A DNA stretch of 64,000 nucleotides from positions 1-64,000 of IMG/VR virus record IMGVR_UViG_3300010429_001696; one strand, given 5' to 3'. Positions 38,031-48,100 of this stretch are shown piece by piece; the first letter of the stretch is position 1; each line of letters opens with the position of its first letter. The notes beneath the pieces are model-generated. The model had not been told where the DNA came from, did no database searches, and worked only from the letters and a program-made list of their open reading frames with translations. Made by a program: the position numbers and the translations under genes. The stretch is from a virus. Taxonomy: Duplodnaviria > Caudoviricetes.

Positions 38031-38371
38031 AACACTTGAAACTATACGAGCAATATGATTTTGATGATCTCTCGGATGAAGAGCTTTTCGGTGAGAATAA
38101 AGGACCTTATGATAATATTTTAAAATATGGTAATGATGGACCTGATTTTAAGTGTGGAGATAGAGTTAGATTAACAGAAAAAGGGCGAAGGTATTTTATT
38201 AGTAAATTATCCGATGGAACGATTGTTGATTATGATGGAGCAAAATATTACCTAGTTTGTTTTGATAATTTTTTTAGTTACGGACATGCTGGATGTAAAG
38301 GAAACGATTTTTATAATATGCCTGATGGGCATGGATACTGGGTTGAAGAATACTATTTGGAAAGCGTATGA
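38027..38371 (+). CDS. Leader-bearing SH3-like protein
   Basis: Same leader; FKCGDRVR..GTIVD..YLVCFD..GH..HGYWV. Confidence 0.75.
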   Translation: MKHLKLYEQYDFDDLSDEELFGENKGPYDNILKYGNDGPDFKCGDRVRLTEKGRRYFISKLSDGTIVDYDGAKYYLVCFDNFFSYGHAGCKGNDFYNMPDGHGYWVEEYYLESV

Positions 38372-38721
38372 AATATCTAAAACTATACGAGCAATATGAT
38401 TTCGAGGATCTGTCGGATGATGATCTCTTTGGTCCAATTTCAAAAGGACCTTATGATAATATTTTGAAATATGGTAATAATGGACCTGATTTTAAATGTG
38501 GAGATAGAGTTAGATTGACAAATAGTTGGCAAAACTCCATTCCTGGTTTCGGCGAAATATCTGAAGGGACGATTGTCGATTTTGAATATCCAAGATTATA
38601 TCTAGTTTGTTTTGATAATTATTTTCGTCATGGACACACTGGAGCCAGAGGAGGAAAATTTTATAATATACCAGAAAAACATGGATACTGGGTTGATGGA
38701 TATTTTTTAGAAGGAATATGA
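38368..38721 (+). CDS. Tandem paralog of 38027..38371
   Basis: Near-identical motif order. Confidence 0.75.
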   Translation: MKYLKLYEQYDFEDLSDDDLFGPISKGPYDNILKYGNNGPDFKCGDRVRLTNSWQNSIPGFGEISEGTIVDFEYPRLYLVCFDNYFRHGHTGARGGKFYNIPEKHGYWVDGYFLEGI

Positions 38722-38727
38722 AATATT

Positions 38728-39249
38728 TTAATGGATATTGTTATCGTATTTCAACTTTAATATCATATAGTTTGTTATAAGATCTTGATATTTAATATCG
38801 TCTATATCTCCAAGACTAACTTTCACAACGCGATTCTCATTTGTTGATTTAACACTCGATTGTTTATAGTCATTAAAATTTAATTCCAATAAGCAAACAT
38901 AATATTTTGATTTATCTCCATCATTATCTTTATAAAAAACATTATTGATCTCTGGAGTATATACACTACTTAGAACTATACCTGTTTCATTCAATAATAT
39001 TCTTTTCAAATTTTGTATATCTGTTGATTCTTCATCATATTCCCCTTTTATACAAGTTAATTGATATTGATCAGATTCTCCTTTTTTTAATGCCGGAAAT
39101 TTGCCATATCTCAAAAGAAAATATCCTTCATCTTTAAAGTATGGAAGAATAACTATTTCAGATATATTATTTTTATTATCAACAGAAAGATTTTTTTCAT
39201 CTTCTCCTTTTTGTCTAACATTTTTTTCTAATTTTGTAAATCTATCCAT
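38728..39249 (-). CDS. Degenerate Nudix-fold protein
   Basis: IVILPY..CIKGEYDEE..NLKRILLNETGI (eroded Nudix box). Confidence 0.5.
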   Translation of the reverse strand: MDRFTKLEKNVRQKGEDEKNLSVDNKNNISEIVILPYFKDEGYFLLRYGKFPALKKGESDQYQLTCIKGEYDEESTDIQNLKRILLNETGIVLSSVYTPEINNVFYKDNDGDKSKYYVCLLELNFNDYKQSSVKSTNENRVVKVSLGDIDDIKYQDLITNYMILKLKYDNNIH

Positions 39250-39393
39250 CTTATATTAAAGTTTTTTCTTTTATATATTAAAAATTAATTTTTAAAATAA
39301 AAATAATTTTTGTAATTTTGTATATATATTTAGGCAAAAAATATTAAAACATATTTTAATATATATTGTCGAGTAAACTTAATATTAAGAAAT

Positions 39394-40332
39394 ATGATAG
39401 AAAAAAACGAAGATTATTATCCTTTGATATTATCCAGAAAATTTTATAATATACTTCAAAGTATTGATGATGAGATATCTAAATATTTAATAAAATGTTT
39501 CAAAGATGGAGTTCTTTTCAAGGAAACGTTTATAGACATAACTATCGATAATGATATTGTATCATTTTTACCATCTGAGGTAATAAATAGAATGATGCAA
39601 AGTGGTGACTTTGATAAAAAAGAAGTTTGGATAAGTGGTAGAAGAATATCAACTAGAATTGGTCGATTGATTTTACGTTTAACTTCAAATAAATTTTCAG
39701 AAAAATCTATAGAAAGTTTTGTAAATAGTTATAAGGCTAGAATAGAAATCAGATCTCTATTTAAAAATTTCAGACTGGTTGAAGGAGATGAAATAAAAAA
39801 ATGGTATTTATCCGATAATTATGTTCCAGGAGGCGGCACATTAAATAATTCTTGTATGGCAAAAGCATCGGCCCAGAATTTTTTTGACATATATACAAAA
39901 AATCCAGAAAAAATAAAGTTATTGATATTATTAAATGAAGAAAAAAAATTAATATTAGGTAGAGCTCTAATATGGTTTTTAGATAGTCCAAAACAATCAA
40001 TATTGATGGATAGAATATATTACTCAGAGGATTATATATTGAATGTTTTTATAGATTATGCAACTAAAAATGGATGGTATTATAAAGTGAGTAACGAAAA
40101 TCCTTTGATAAGTGTAATGGATGGCACTCCATATAGAGTTAAAATGTGGTTGAGAATAAAAAAATATAATTATGAAAAATTTCCATTTGTGGATAATATG
40201 GGATTTTTTGAACCAAAAAAGTTTATATTGACCAATGATCCAAAATATCTAAAAAAGATAGGATCAGAATATTATTATGATCTCTGTGATAATTTTGGGG
40301 GATATGAAATAAGAAATGATTTTGAATACTAA
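39394..40332 (+). CDS. SCM/GRAL/MDRIY family, paralog 2
   Basis: GTLNNSCMA..LGRALIW..MDRIY..PFVDN. Confidence 0.75.
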   Translation: MIEKNEDYYPLILSRKFYNILQSIDDEISKYLIKCFKDGVLFKETFIDITIDNDIVSFLPSEVINRMMQSGDFDKKEVWISGRRISTRIGRLILRLTSNKFSEKSIESFVNSYKARIEIRSLFKNFRLVEGDEIKKWYLSDNYVPGGGTLNNSCMAKASAQNFFDIYTKNPEKIKLLILLNEEKKLILGRALIWFLDSPKQSILMDRIYYSEDYILNVFIDYATKNGWYYKVSNENPLISVMDGTPYRVKMWLRIKKYNYEKFPFVDNMGFFEPKKFILTNDPKYLKKIGSEYYYDLCDNFGGYEIRNDFEY

Positions 40333-40379
40333 AAATGAGATTAAAATAATAATATATAAGAAAAAATAATAATACGAGA

Positions 40380-41795
40380 ATGTCGAACATTAAAGAAATA
40401 TTTTTAAAATTAACCAGTACAACTACACCCAATGGACATGAAAATCTTATGGAGCCATATCTTCCTGCTGGATGGAAAAAGGATTTCTATGGAAATTATT
40501 ATTATGTTATTGGTGGCGGCGGAACGACGGTGATGTTTACATCCCATTTAGATACAGCTGATATTGGTCAGCCCAAAAAAATAACGCATGAGTTTCAAGG
40601 TAATATAATAAAAACAGATGGAAAAACAATTTTGGGGGCAGATGACAAAGCTGGCGCCGCTGTTATGATATCAATGATAGAGAATAGTGTGCCAGGTCTT
40701 TATTATTTCTTTCTGGGTGAAGAGAGGCATAGATTGGGTTCGACAGCTCTAGCTGAGCGTATAAAGAAAGATAAAGGAGATATTTTTAAAAATATTAATA
40801 AGGTAATATCTCTAGATAGAAGTAAGACGTCTAGTATAATAACTTATCAAGCAAGTGATAGATGTTGTTCGGAAGCTTTTGCAAGTGATTTAGCCACAAA
40901 ATTGACAGAACAAGGACTACCGTATAAAGCTGACCCAACTGGTTTATATACAGACTCTTATAGTTTTATAGAAATATTTCCAGAATGTACAAATTTATCT
41001 GTTGGCTATGAAGATCAACACGCGATGCGTGAAACGCAAGATATAGTTTTTCTACAAAAGTTGGCTGATGTTTGTCTTAAAATTGATTGGGAATCATTAA
41101 AAGTAGAAAGAGATCCATCGAAAGTAGAAAGAAGAACTTACTCGAATTATTATACTTCGGGAACAAGGAATAAATATTATGGTTTTGAAGATGATTATTG
41201 GAATGAAGATTCTTGGCATTCACCATCACAAAACGCTGTATCATCCAAATATGTAACAGATTATATGGGTGAACAAGTGTTAAAAGACGAATGCGTTTGG
41301 TGTGAATTTGATAAAGTTTGGTGTAAGAAAGATGATGCAATATGGGTTGATTATGTTGGTTTCTGGGTTGCTCCAGACATAGATCCAGAAAAAGTTAAAG
41401 CCAATGCTGAAAGAAGAAAATCTAAGCCTTCTAATTTACAAAAATTATCCAAAGATAATATTGCTGTTGGCGCTGAATTATTTATTAACGATAAAAGTTG
41501 GGGCACAATAAAAAGTATAGAAGGCTCGCATATTATAACAGGCGTCGATGATGCTTCAGAAGTGATGATACCAATAGAAAAAGCCATCGCTGATGGTTCA
41601 TATTTTATAAAGCCTGTTGCTGGATCAAATGTTGTGACTCCAAGTAATGTCGAAACTGGTATGGTAGTCATTCATCCTTCTTTTGGTGATGGAAAGATTA
41701 TATCATTAGCTAATGATAAATTAATAGCTAAAGTACAATTTAAAGATGCTGGTATAAAAGATATTTTTGTGCAAATATCAAATATGAAATTTTAA
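40380..41795 (+). CDS. M20/M28 family metallopeptidase with C-terminal SH3-like domains
   Basis: SHLDT, LGADDKAG, GEE, SLDR, YTDS, NLSVGY..QH; VIHPSFGDGKI. Confidence 0.85.
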   Translation: MSNIKEIFLKLTSTTTPNGHENLMEPYLPAGWKKDFYGNYYYVIGGGGTTVMFTSHLDTADIGQPKKITHEFQGNIIKTDGKTILGADDKAGAAVMISMIENSVPGLYYFFLGEERHRLGSTALAERIKKDKGDIFKNINKVISLDRSKTSSIITYQASDRCCSEAFASDLATKLTEQGLPYKADPTGLYTDSYSFIEIFPECTNLSVGYEDQHAMRETQDIVFLQKLADVCLKIDWESLKVERDPSKVERRTYSNYYTSGTRNKYYGFEDDYWNEDSWHSPSQNAVSSKYVTDYMGEQVLKDECVWCEFDKVWCKKDDAIWVDYVGFWVAPDIDPEKVKANAERRKSKPSNLQKLSKDNIAVGAELFINDKSWGTIKSIEGSHIITGVDDASEVMIPIEKAIADGSYFIKPVAGSNVVTPSNVETGMVVIHPSFGDGKIISLANDKLIAKVQFKDAGIKDIFVQISNMKF

Positions 41796-41798
41796 AAA

Positions 41799-43136
41799 AT
41801 GAAGAAATTCGGTAATTTTCTAAATGAGGATGCTGAGCCTAAGGAGCTTGTGAAAATGATATTTTCTGATGATTTCAAGAAAACATTAACGAATATACTT
41901 GAGGTAAGGCAAAGTAATATATCAAAAAGATTACTAGAACTTCCTAAATCGGACCAGAAGTTTGACATATCTTATGTTGATATTGATGAGGAAAAAGATT
42001 CTGTTACCTATTTGACTATCAATAGAATAGAAAGATTAAAAAAAGAAGGGGCACTGCCCGATGAGTACTGGAAAACAAAATTAAGAGACACAACAAAAAT
42101 AGGTAGATTTGTTAAAAAGATATTTGGTTCGAAATTTAATGAAAAAAGCGTCAATGCTTTCGCCGATAAATTCAAAACTATGTCTGGCTCAGACCAAAAT
42201 CTTCATAAATTTGAAATAGTTGATGGGGATGATTTGATTTATTGGTACAATAGAAATAATTATTCGGAGAAAATTGGTACTCTTGGGGCTGATGTAATGT
42301 CATACAATGCGTCGAGCATTTATTTGAATATGTATAGTAAAAATCCTAAAAAATGTAAGTTATTGATATTGAAAAGTGATACCAATGATAAAAGAATTAT
42401 AGGACGAGCTCTTTTATGGAAATTAACTACTCCAAGTGATAAAATCTTTATGGATAGAGTTTATTCCACAAAATCATCTCATGTTGATTTATTTATAAAT
42501 TATGCTAAAAGAGAGGGATGGTTATATAAAGGCGAGCAAGTATACGGAGATTCTCCTATCGTTAATGATGGAGTTGATAGAAACATTAAAATGCATGTTG
42601 AAATAGATAACACGGACTTTAAATATTATCCTTTCGTTGACACTTTGAGATATTATTATCCAAATCTAAAAATATTAGCCAATCACAAAGAATTAGATGA
42701 TATAATATATACCTTGAATGACGAGAATGGTAAATATCAAGAATATGAATGGGATAGTGAAAAGGGATTTAAAAAAGATCCAACTGTTTTCGATTCTAAT
42801 GCTTCTAAGGATATAAATTTTCGAGATGCTATGTGGTGCGAGGTTGACAATGCTTATTGTGGAAAAAGAGATGCGGTTTTTCTATCCTATAAAAATGTAT
42901 ATGCTTTACCGAAATCAGATAAAATAGTATATTCAGAGTATCAAAAAAGGTATTATTTAAAAGAAGATTGCGTTTGGTCTGAGCCATTAAAAAGTTGGAT
43001 ATGGAATAAATATGCTGTTGATGTTTATCACGATAAAGACAGAACAACCGATCCAGATAAAGTTCATCGTTTTGAAGTGAACAGATCTATTAAAAAGGTG
43101 GGCGATTATTGGTACGACATAGACTTAGATATCTAA
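41799..43136 (+). CDS. SCM/GRAL/MDRIY family, paralog 3 (Cys lost)
   Basis: GTLGADVM..IGRALLWK..MDRVY..PFVDT; leader MKKFGNFLNE. Confidence 0.75.
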   Translation: MKKFGNFLNEDAEPKELVKMIFSDDFKKTLTNILEVRQSNISKRLLELPKSDQKFDISYVDIDEEKDSVTYLTINRIERLKKEGALPDEYWKTKLRDTTKIGRFVKKIFGSKFNEKSVNAFADKFKTMSGSDQNLHKFEIVDGDDLIYWYNRNNYSEKIGTLGADVMSYNASSIYLNMYSKNPKKCKLLILKSDTNDKRIIGRALLWKLTTPSDKIFMDRVYSTKSSHVDLFINYAKREGWLYKGEQVYGDSPIVNDGVDRNIKMHVEIDNTDFKYYPFVDTLRYYYPNLKILANHKELDDIIYTLNDENGKYQEYEWDSEKGFKKDPTVFDSNASKDINFRDAMWCEVDNAYCGKRDAVFLSYKNVYALPKSDKIVYSEYQKRYYLKEDCVWSEPLKSWIWNKYAVDVYHDKDRTTDPDKVHRFEVNRSIKKVGDYWYDIDLDI

Positions 43137-45649
43137 GTTGTGAATCTATTTATTATATAACAAATATAACTTATTTCATCCTTGCTTATTTGATGATTGT
43201 TTGGTAAATATAGACCATATTTGTCGACCAGCACAGAATTTAACATATCTTTATTTTCACCATATAAATCTAGCCAAAATGGTTGTTTTGTTATAGCCCC
43301 ACAGATTAATGGCCTGGTTTCTATATCAGCTTCATTTAATGATTTGACAATTTCTTTGATACGAGGATGTATTATGGGGTAGGCAAAATTTGATATAAAA
43401 CAATTTTTTGGAGGAGATAATTTCCAATATTGATTTTCTATCAAATTGTCATATAATTTAAAATTTTCATTTCTTTTATTTATAATAAATTCTAGTTTAT
43501 CTATTTGTCTCAATCCTATAAAAGCCTGTAAATCAGTTGATCTCAAATTAAAGCCAGGATAATAAAAAGTATATAACGATTTGAAATCATCAACTGAATA
43601 TTTTTCTCTCATCTTCTGTTTGTATTCGCTGCTCCAATCTCTATCCCACCCATGAGATCTTATGGACATTAAAATGTTGTATAATTTCACATCGTCCGTT
43701 GAAACAAATCCACCTTCTATCGTGGAGTTGTGCAAACATATGGGTTGATTCCCACCGACAAAATTCTCTAAATTTTTTACACTAAAATCAAACACGTATT
43801 CATATTCTGGCGATATTTCTTCAATACTTCTAATTTTAATTGGAATGATATCACCGTTTTTGAATTTATCAAGATTCTCTTTTATTCCATATAGATTTAT
43901 TTTTTTATATGATTCATTGAAGATAATTTCACCATCATTATTGAATGTTATGTTGTTTAATACAAATTGATATTGTGGTTTGACATTAGATATTTTATTA
44001 CTATTTTTGAACTTCCTTTCTTTTTTGTTATTGATTGTTATTAACCCACCATTTAATCCTATGATATTACACAAATAAGATATGTCTGTTATCAACTTTT
44101 CGGAAACGCTTGTGACACTAATTCGATTTTTTCCTTTAATGGTGCCGTCGCCGGAGAAATATGCGTATAAAAAAGATATTATGCATTCATTGCTGCTATG
44201 AAATATAAATGATGGTATTCTTTTATTAGATGCCCCAGATTTTATATTAAAAAAATCTTTAAATACTATTTTTAATGTTTCGGACGAAACTTTAATATTG
44301 CAAGAGTTTGTATTTTCATTGAAATTTTTATATGAATTTAATCCAAAAATAGATTTTATAGAATTTGTGACATCATCAATATATTCTTTTTCCTTTATAT
44401 CAAATGAAAAATTTAATGAAGAATCACCATACGACCCCTCAGCTAAAAAATATCCAATTAAACGGCATAATTCTTTATTTATTTTATATTTAACTGGTAT
44501 ATATTTGTCCCTTGGTGTTCTTTTTTTTGCTATTTTTAAATCATTTTTATCGGTTTTTAAATATTCAATTGGTAAAATTTTTCTTTTTTTCCAGTTATAT
44601 TTTTGTTTATTTTCTTTACTATTCCATTTGAAATGAATATCATCTAAATCTTTTATATCATAATCGATCACAAAAAACTCATTTTTCATTTTTTTACAAA
44701 AATTCAAAAAATCTAATTCTTTTTTAACATGAGGCCTTTGTATTTTTGTCGGAACAAAAATATAATCATCCAGTTTTATATCACATCCTTTTACAATAGA
44801 AATATCAGATTTTTCTTTATCATATTTAAAAACACTGTGATCCTCTGTTAATTCGACAATTCTATTATTAAATAATTTTAATTGAAAAATTTTTTTATTA
44901 TCGATTTTATGTTTTAAAATGTGATCGGGACTCACATATATTGTCTTATAGTTTTCATCAAACGATAATATTTTTATTTTTGACACATCAGAGTTATATT
45001 TATTGTAAATTTCATCAATATTTTCTATATTAAAAATGTTATTCTCATCCAGATAAGGTATTGGAGTTTTTGGGGACACTGACATATGGTGCCCCATATA
45101 TAGACTAAAACTACTCATCGAGCCAAAACAACCAGTTTGAATGTTCTCATAAGTCGAGCCGATTGATTCGCAAGAATCTTCCAATAAAATAACATCATAC
45201 TTTAAACAAAGATCCATTATTTCTGTCATTTTATTAGGGGTGCCTAAAACATGAACTATGATCAGAGTGGCGGGTTTTTCTTTTTCAAATATTTTTTCAA
45301 GTGCTTCTATATTAATGCCCAATGTGTCCATTTCTATATCGCAAACTATTGGCTCATATCCAAGTTGTATGAAGGGAGATATAGTAGTCACCCAAGATAC
45401 ATCTGGAAAAACAATTTTTTTATTTTTTAAATATCCACTTTGTAGCAAAGCATATGCCATTGCTAGATTGGCGGATGAGCCAGAGTTTAAATAAACAGAA
45501 TATTTTCTTCCCAGAAAATTAGACCATTTCTTTTCTAATTCAATGGTTAATTCTCCCTTTGTTAATCTGGGATATGGATAAGTTTGTAACCAGATGACCA
45601 GTTCGTCTATATCTTTCTTGTCTATTGTGTCATTTACTAGTTTAATCAT
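43133..45649 (-). CDS. ColD-like PLP enzyme (DegT/DnrJ family; GDP-4-keto-6-deoxymannose 3-dehydratase-like) with intein
   Basis: NSGSSANL, LLEDSCES, SFSLYMGHHM^STIEGG, SHGWDR, GFNLRSTDLQA; 386-aa extein. Confidence 0.85.
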   Translation of the reverse strand: MIKLVNDTIDKKDIDELVIWLQTYPYPRLTKGELTIELEKKWSNFLGRKYSVYLNSGSSANLAMAYALLQSGYLKNKKIVFPDVSWVTTISPFIQLGYEPIVCDIEMDTLGINIEALEKIFEKEKPATLIIVHVLGTPNKMTEIMDLCLKYDVILLEDSCESIGSTYENIQTGCFGSMSSFSLYMGHHMSVSPKTPIPYLDENNIFNIENIDEIYNKYNSDVSKIKILSFDENYKTIYVSPDHILKHKIDNKKIFQLKLFNNRIVELTEDHSVFKYDKEKSDISIVKGCDIKLDDYIFVPTKIQRPHVKKELDFLNFCKKMKNEFFVIDYDIKDLDDIHFKWNSKENKQKYNWKKRKILPIEYLKTDKNDLKIAKKRTPRDKYIPVKYKINKELCRLIGYFLAEGSYGDSSLNFSFDIKEKEYIDDVTNSIKSIFGLNSYKNFNENTNSCNIKVSSETLKIVFKDFFNIKSGASNKRIPSFIFHSSNECIISFLYAYFSGDGTIKGKNRISVTSVSEKLITDISYLCNIIGLNGGLITINNKKERKFKNSNKISNVKPQYQFVLNNITFNNDGEIIFNESYKKINLYGIKENLDKFKNGDIIPIKIRSIEEISPEYEYVFDFSVKNLENFVGGNQPICLHNSTIEGGFVSTDDVKLYNILMSIRSHGWDRDWSSEYKQKMREKYSVDDFKSLYTFYYPGFNLRSTDLQAFIGLRQIDKLEFIINKRNENFKLYDNLIENQYWKLSPPKNCFISNFAYPIIHPRIKEIVKSLNEADIETRPLICGAITKQPFWLDLYGENKDMLNSVLVDKYGLYLPNNHQISKDEISYICYIINRFTT
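43727..45082 (-). mobile_element. Intein (452 aa) with LAGLIDADG homing endonuclease
   Basis: Begins SVSPKTPI; block B VELTEDHSVF; LIGYFLAEGS and FLYAYFSGDG; ends VFDFSV..NFVGG..CLHN followed by Ser. Confidence 0.92.
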
Positions 45650-45654
45650 ATTTT

Positions 45655-46296
45655 TTAAGGTTGTTTTATAATTTGGCTAAATTCAACATCAATTGGAGTT
45701 CTTCTGCCAAATATTTTTACTGATATTTTCATTCTTCTTTTATCCTCATTTATCTCTTCTATAGTGCCATTAAAATTTGAAAAGGGACCTTCTGTTATTA
45801 TAACTGTTTCTCCCAAAATAAAATCGTTAATATTTTCAGTTTTTTCTTTCGATTCATCCACTTTTCCGAGAATAGCATTTATTTCGCTTTCGCGCATTGG
45901 TGTACAAATATATTTTTTAATTTTCTTTCCAGTGTTTTCATCTTTAATTTCTTGCCATCCTCCAAGCATATTCATAACTCCATCAGTGTTGTTGATAATA
46001 TGCAGGATCTCTGGTTCCAGGCGAGATTGTATCAATAAATATCCAGGGAAAAAATTTACTTCGCGGGTCGCTTTTTTTCCTTTTCTAATATAATTTTCTT
46101 TTCTGGTGGGTAATATGAGATTTAAAACCATATCTTCCAATCCACTTAAACGCAATTGTGATTCTATGTGTTTTTTAGCTTTTTTCTCTTGTGCGCTATA
46201 ACATCTTATGACATACCATTTTACATCATTTAATTCTGGTGTAACTGGATTCATTTCAATTTTTTCTTCTTCTTTGGGTGTGTCCATAATGTTCAT
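45655..46296 (-). CDS. nusG: Transcription antitermination factor NusG
   Basis: WYVIRCYSAQE, FFPGY, GETVIITEGPFSNFNG, VKIFGRRTP. Confidence 0.93.
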   Translation of the reverse strand: MNIMDTPKEEEKIEMNPVTPELNDVKWYVIRCYSAQEKKAKKHIESQLRLSGLEDMVLNLILPTRKENYIRKGKKATREVNFFPGYLLIQSRLEPEILHIINNTDGVMNMLGGWQEIKDENTGKKIKKYICTPMRESEINAILGKVDESKEKTENINDFILGETVIITEGPFSNFNGTIEEINEDKRRMKISVKIFGRRTPIDVEFSQIIKQP

Positions 46297-47084
46297 AATT
46301 TGTTTTTTAAATCATTTATTGTATCTTTTAATAATGTCTCGTATAAGTATAATTCATTTTGTTGCGAATAATAATTCTTTTCTTTGTGTTTGCTTTCGGT
46401 ATCTAACCTTTCATTTACATAATAAGAATAATCCATATTAAATTCTTTATATAGATCTCTTATAAATCGATTCACATCAAATAATTGTCCAGCCCCAACA
46501 ACTTCATCTTTATCTGCTTTTATCGATCGCTCAACCATATATTTAGTATGAACCATATCTCGTTTAAAATAAGTATAACCTATTTCTATTGCCTTCTTAT
46601 TTATAATAGAATCGAATATTTTACCAAATAAAAAATCTTTTCTTCTATATACAGAATTGAAATAAAAAGGATGAATTATTACTACTTTAAACCATTTATC
46701 ATCTTTTTCTCTCAGTTCATATATTCGATTTCTCAATAAAAGTTTTGATTTCACGTAATCATTTGGATATTCATATAGAGGTTCGGAGTTTATATAAACT
46801 TTACCTTGATATTTATTCCACATCTCGCAACTTGTATATATGACGATCCTGTTAGAGTTATCTATCAGTCGTTCAATAACTTCCATTGTATATTTAAAAT
46901 TAGGAGTTATGAAATCCAAATCGTTTAAATGAACTCTCTGCTCAGCAAAAGTTAAATATACTGAGTCCCAGTCAGCGCTTTTCAAAAAACCATAGTCTAT
47001 ATTTCTAGAAGAAATTTTTTGATAGTTTTCTGGAAAATAATAGGATAGTTGTGATGTGTTGCCAATAACAAGATCATTATTCAT
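46293..47084 (-). CDS. Divergent NAD-dependent epimerase/dehydratase
   Basis: VIGNTSQL, YVKSK (YxxxK), KRDMVH. Confidence 0.7.
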   Translation of the reverse strand: MNNDLVIGNTSQLSYYFPENYQKISSRNIDYGFLKSADWDSVYLTFAEQRVHLNDLDFITPNFKYTMEVIERLIDNSNRIVIYTSCEMWNKYQGKVYINSEPLYEYPNDYVKSKLLLRNRIYELREKDDKWFKVVIIHPFYFNSVYRRKDFLFGKIFDSIINKKAIEIGYTYFKRDMVHTKYMVERSIKADKDEVVGAGQLFDVNRFIRDLYKEFNMDYSYYVNERLDTESKHKEKNYYSQQNELYLYETLLKDTINDLKNKL

Positions 47085-47139
47085 GTGAAAAAGAATAATT
47101 TTTTTATTTTATAAAAAATATTTATAGAAAAGTTTTTTC

Positions 47140-48004
47140 TTATTCATATATTATTAAATTTTCGTTGCTTAGTCCCCAAACATCACCATTTATATCAAAT
47201 TTTTCATTTGTTATCCAATCATTTGATCTTCTTGTTATTTTCCTGTTTGAAGAAGATTCATAATGTTCTAAATGATAAACAAAAATATCGTGGTCTTCTA
47301 GATCTTCACCCAATTCATATCTTCTTAATAATCTTCTGTGTAACTCTATGTCTTGCCATCCCCAATAAACTAATTTTTCATAAAATCCAGTTGATTCAAA
47401 AAGTATATTTTTCTTTAATAATAAAACAGATGCTCCTCCTAGAAAACTATTCAGAGAGATTTTCTTATGATATAAAAAATTTTTATTGTTCTTTATATAA
47501 TTTTCCACCTTTTTATAATTTTTAAAATCTTTATAATCAGCGGTTTCTATTTGATATCTAGACCCCCAATAGAATTTTTTAGTATTCATTTTATGATTTG
47601 AAAACATAGAAGATTCACCATTTTTAATAAATTTATAAACATTTTCGAAACTTTTATATGGCCAATATCCATCTGGAATCCCCCCATATAATATACTCAC
47701 CATCTGAATTTCTGAAAGCCACATTCAAAGGATGAACATAGGAATAATTTTGATCTGGTGGATTATATTTTTCTGCGATATCGGGTGAAACATAAATATA
47801 TTTTATTATATTCAAATTATCTTTTATATAAGATAGTTTTTCAATTAATGGTGTCTCACTCCCCCAGTCACATATAACTATTTGAACATCACTAACTTGT
47901 AATTTTTTTATATTGTCCAAATGCTTTAATAACACAAAATCAAATCTTTGGATAAAATTATCCAGATATTCATCATCTTTACATTGCATTGATATACTTA
48001 TCAT
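47140..48004 (-). pseudogene. GT2-like glycosyltransferase split by a +1 frameshift near 47675
   Basis: IVICDWGS..NVAFRNSDGEYIIWGDS joins DGYWPYKS..GFYEKLVYWGWQD. Confidence 0.75.
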
Positions 48005-48100
48005 ACTTACTATTTATTAAATTTTAATGGTTTGTTCTAAAAAAATGAAAAAAAAAAAATTAAAATAAACTTTTTTCTTTTTGAGCACTAATATTTCATT

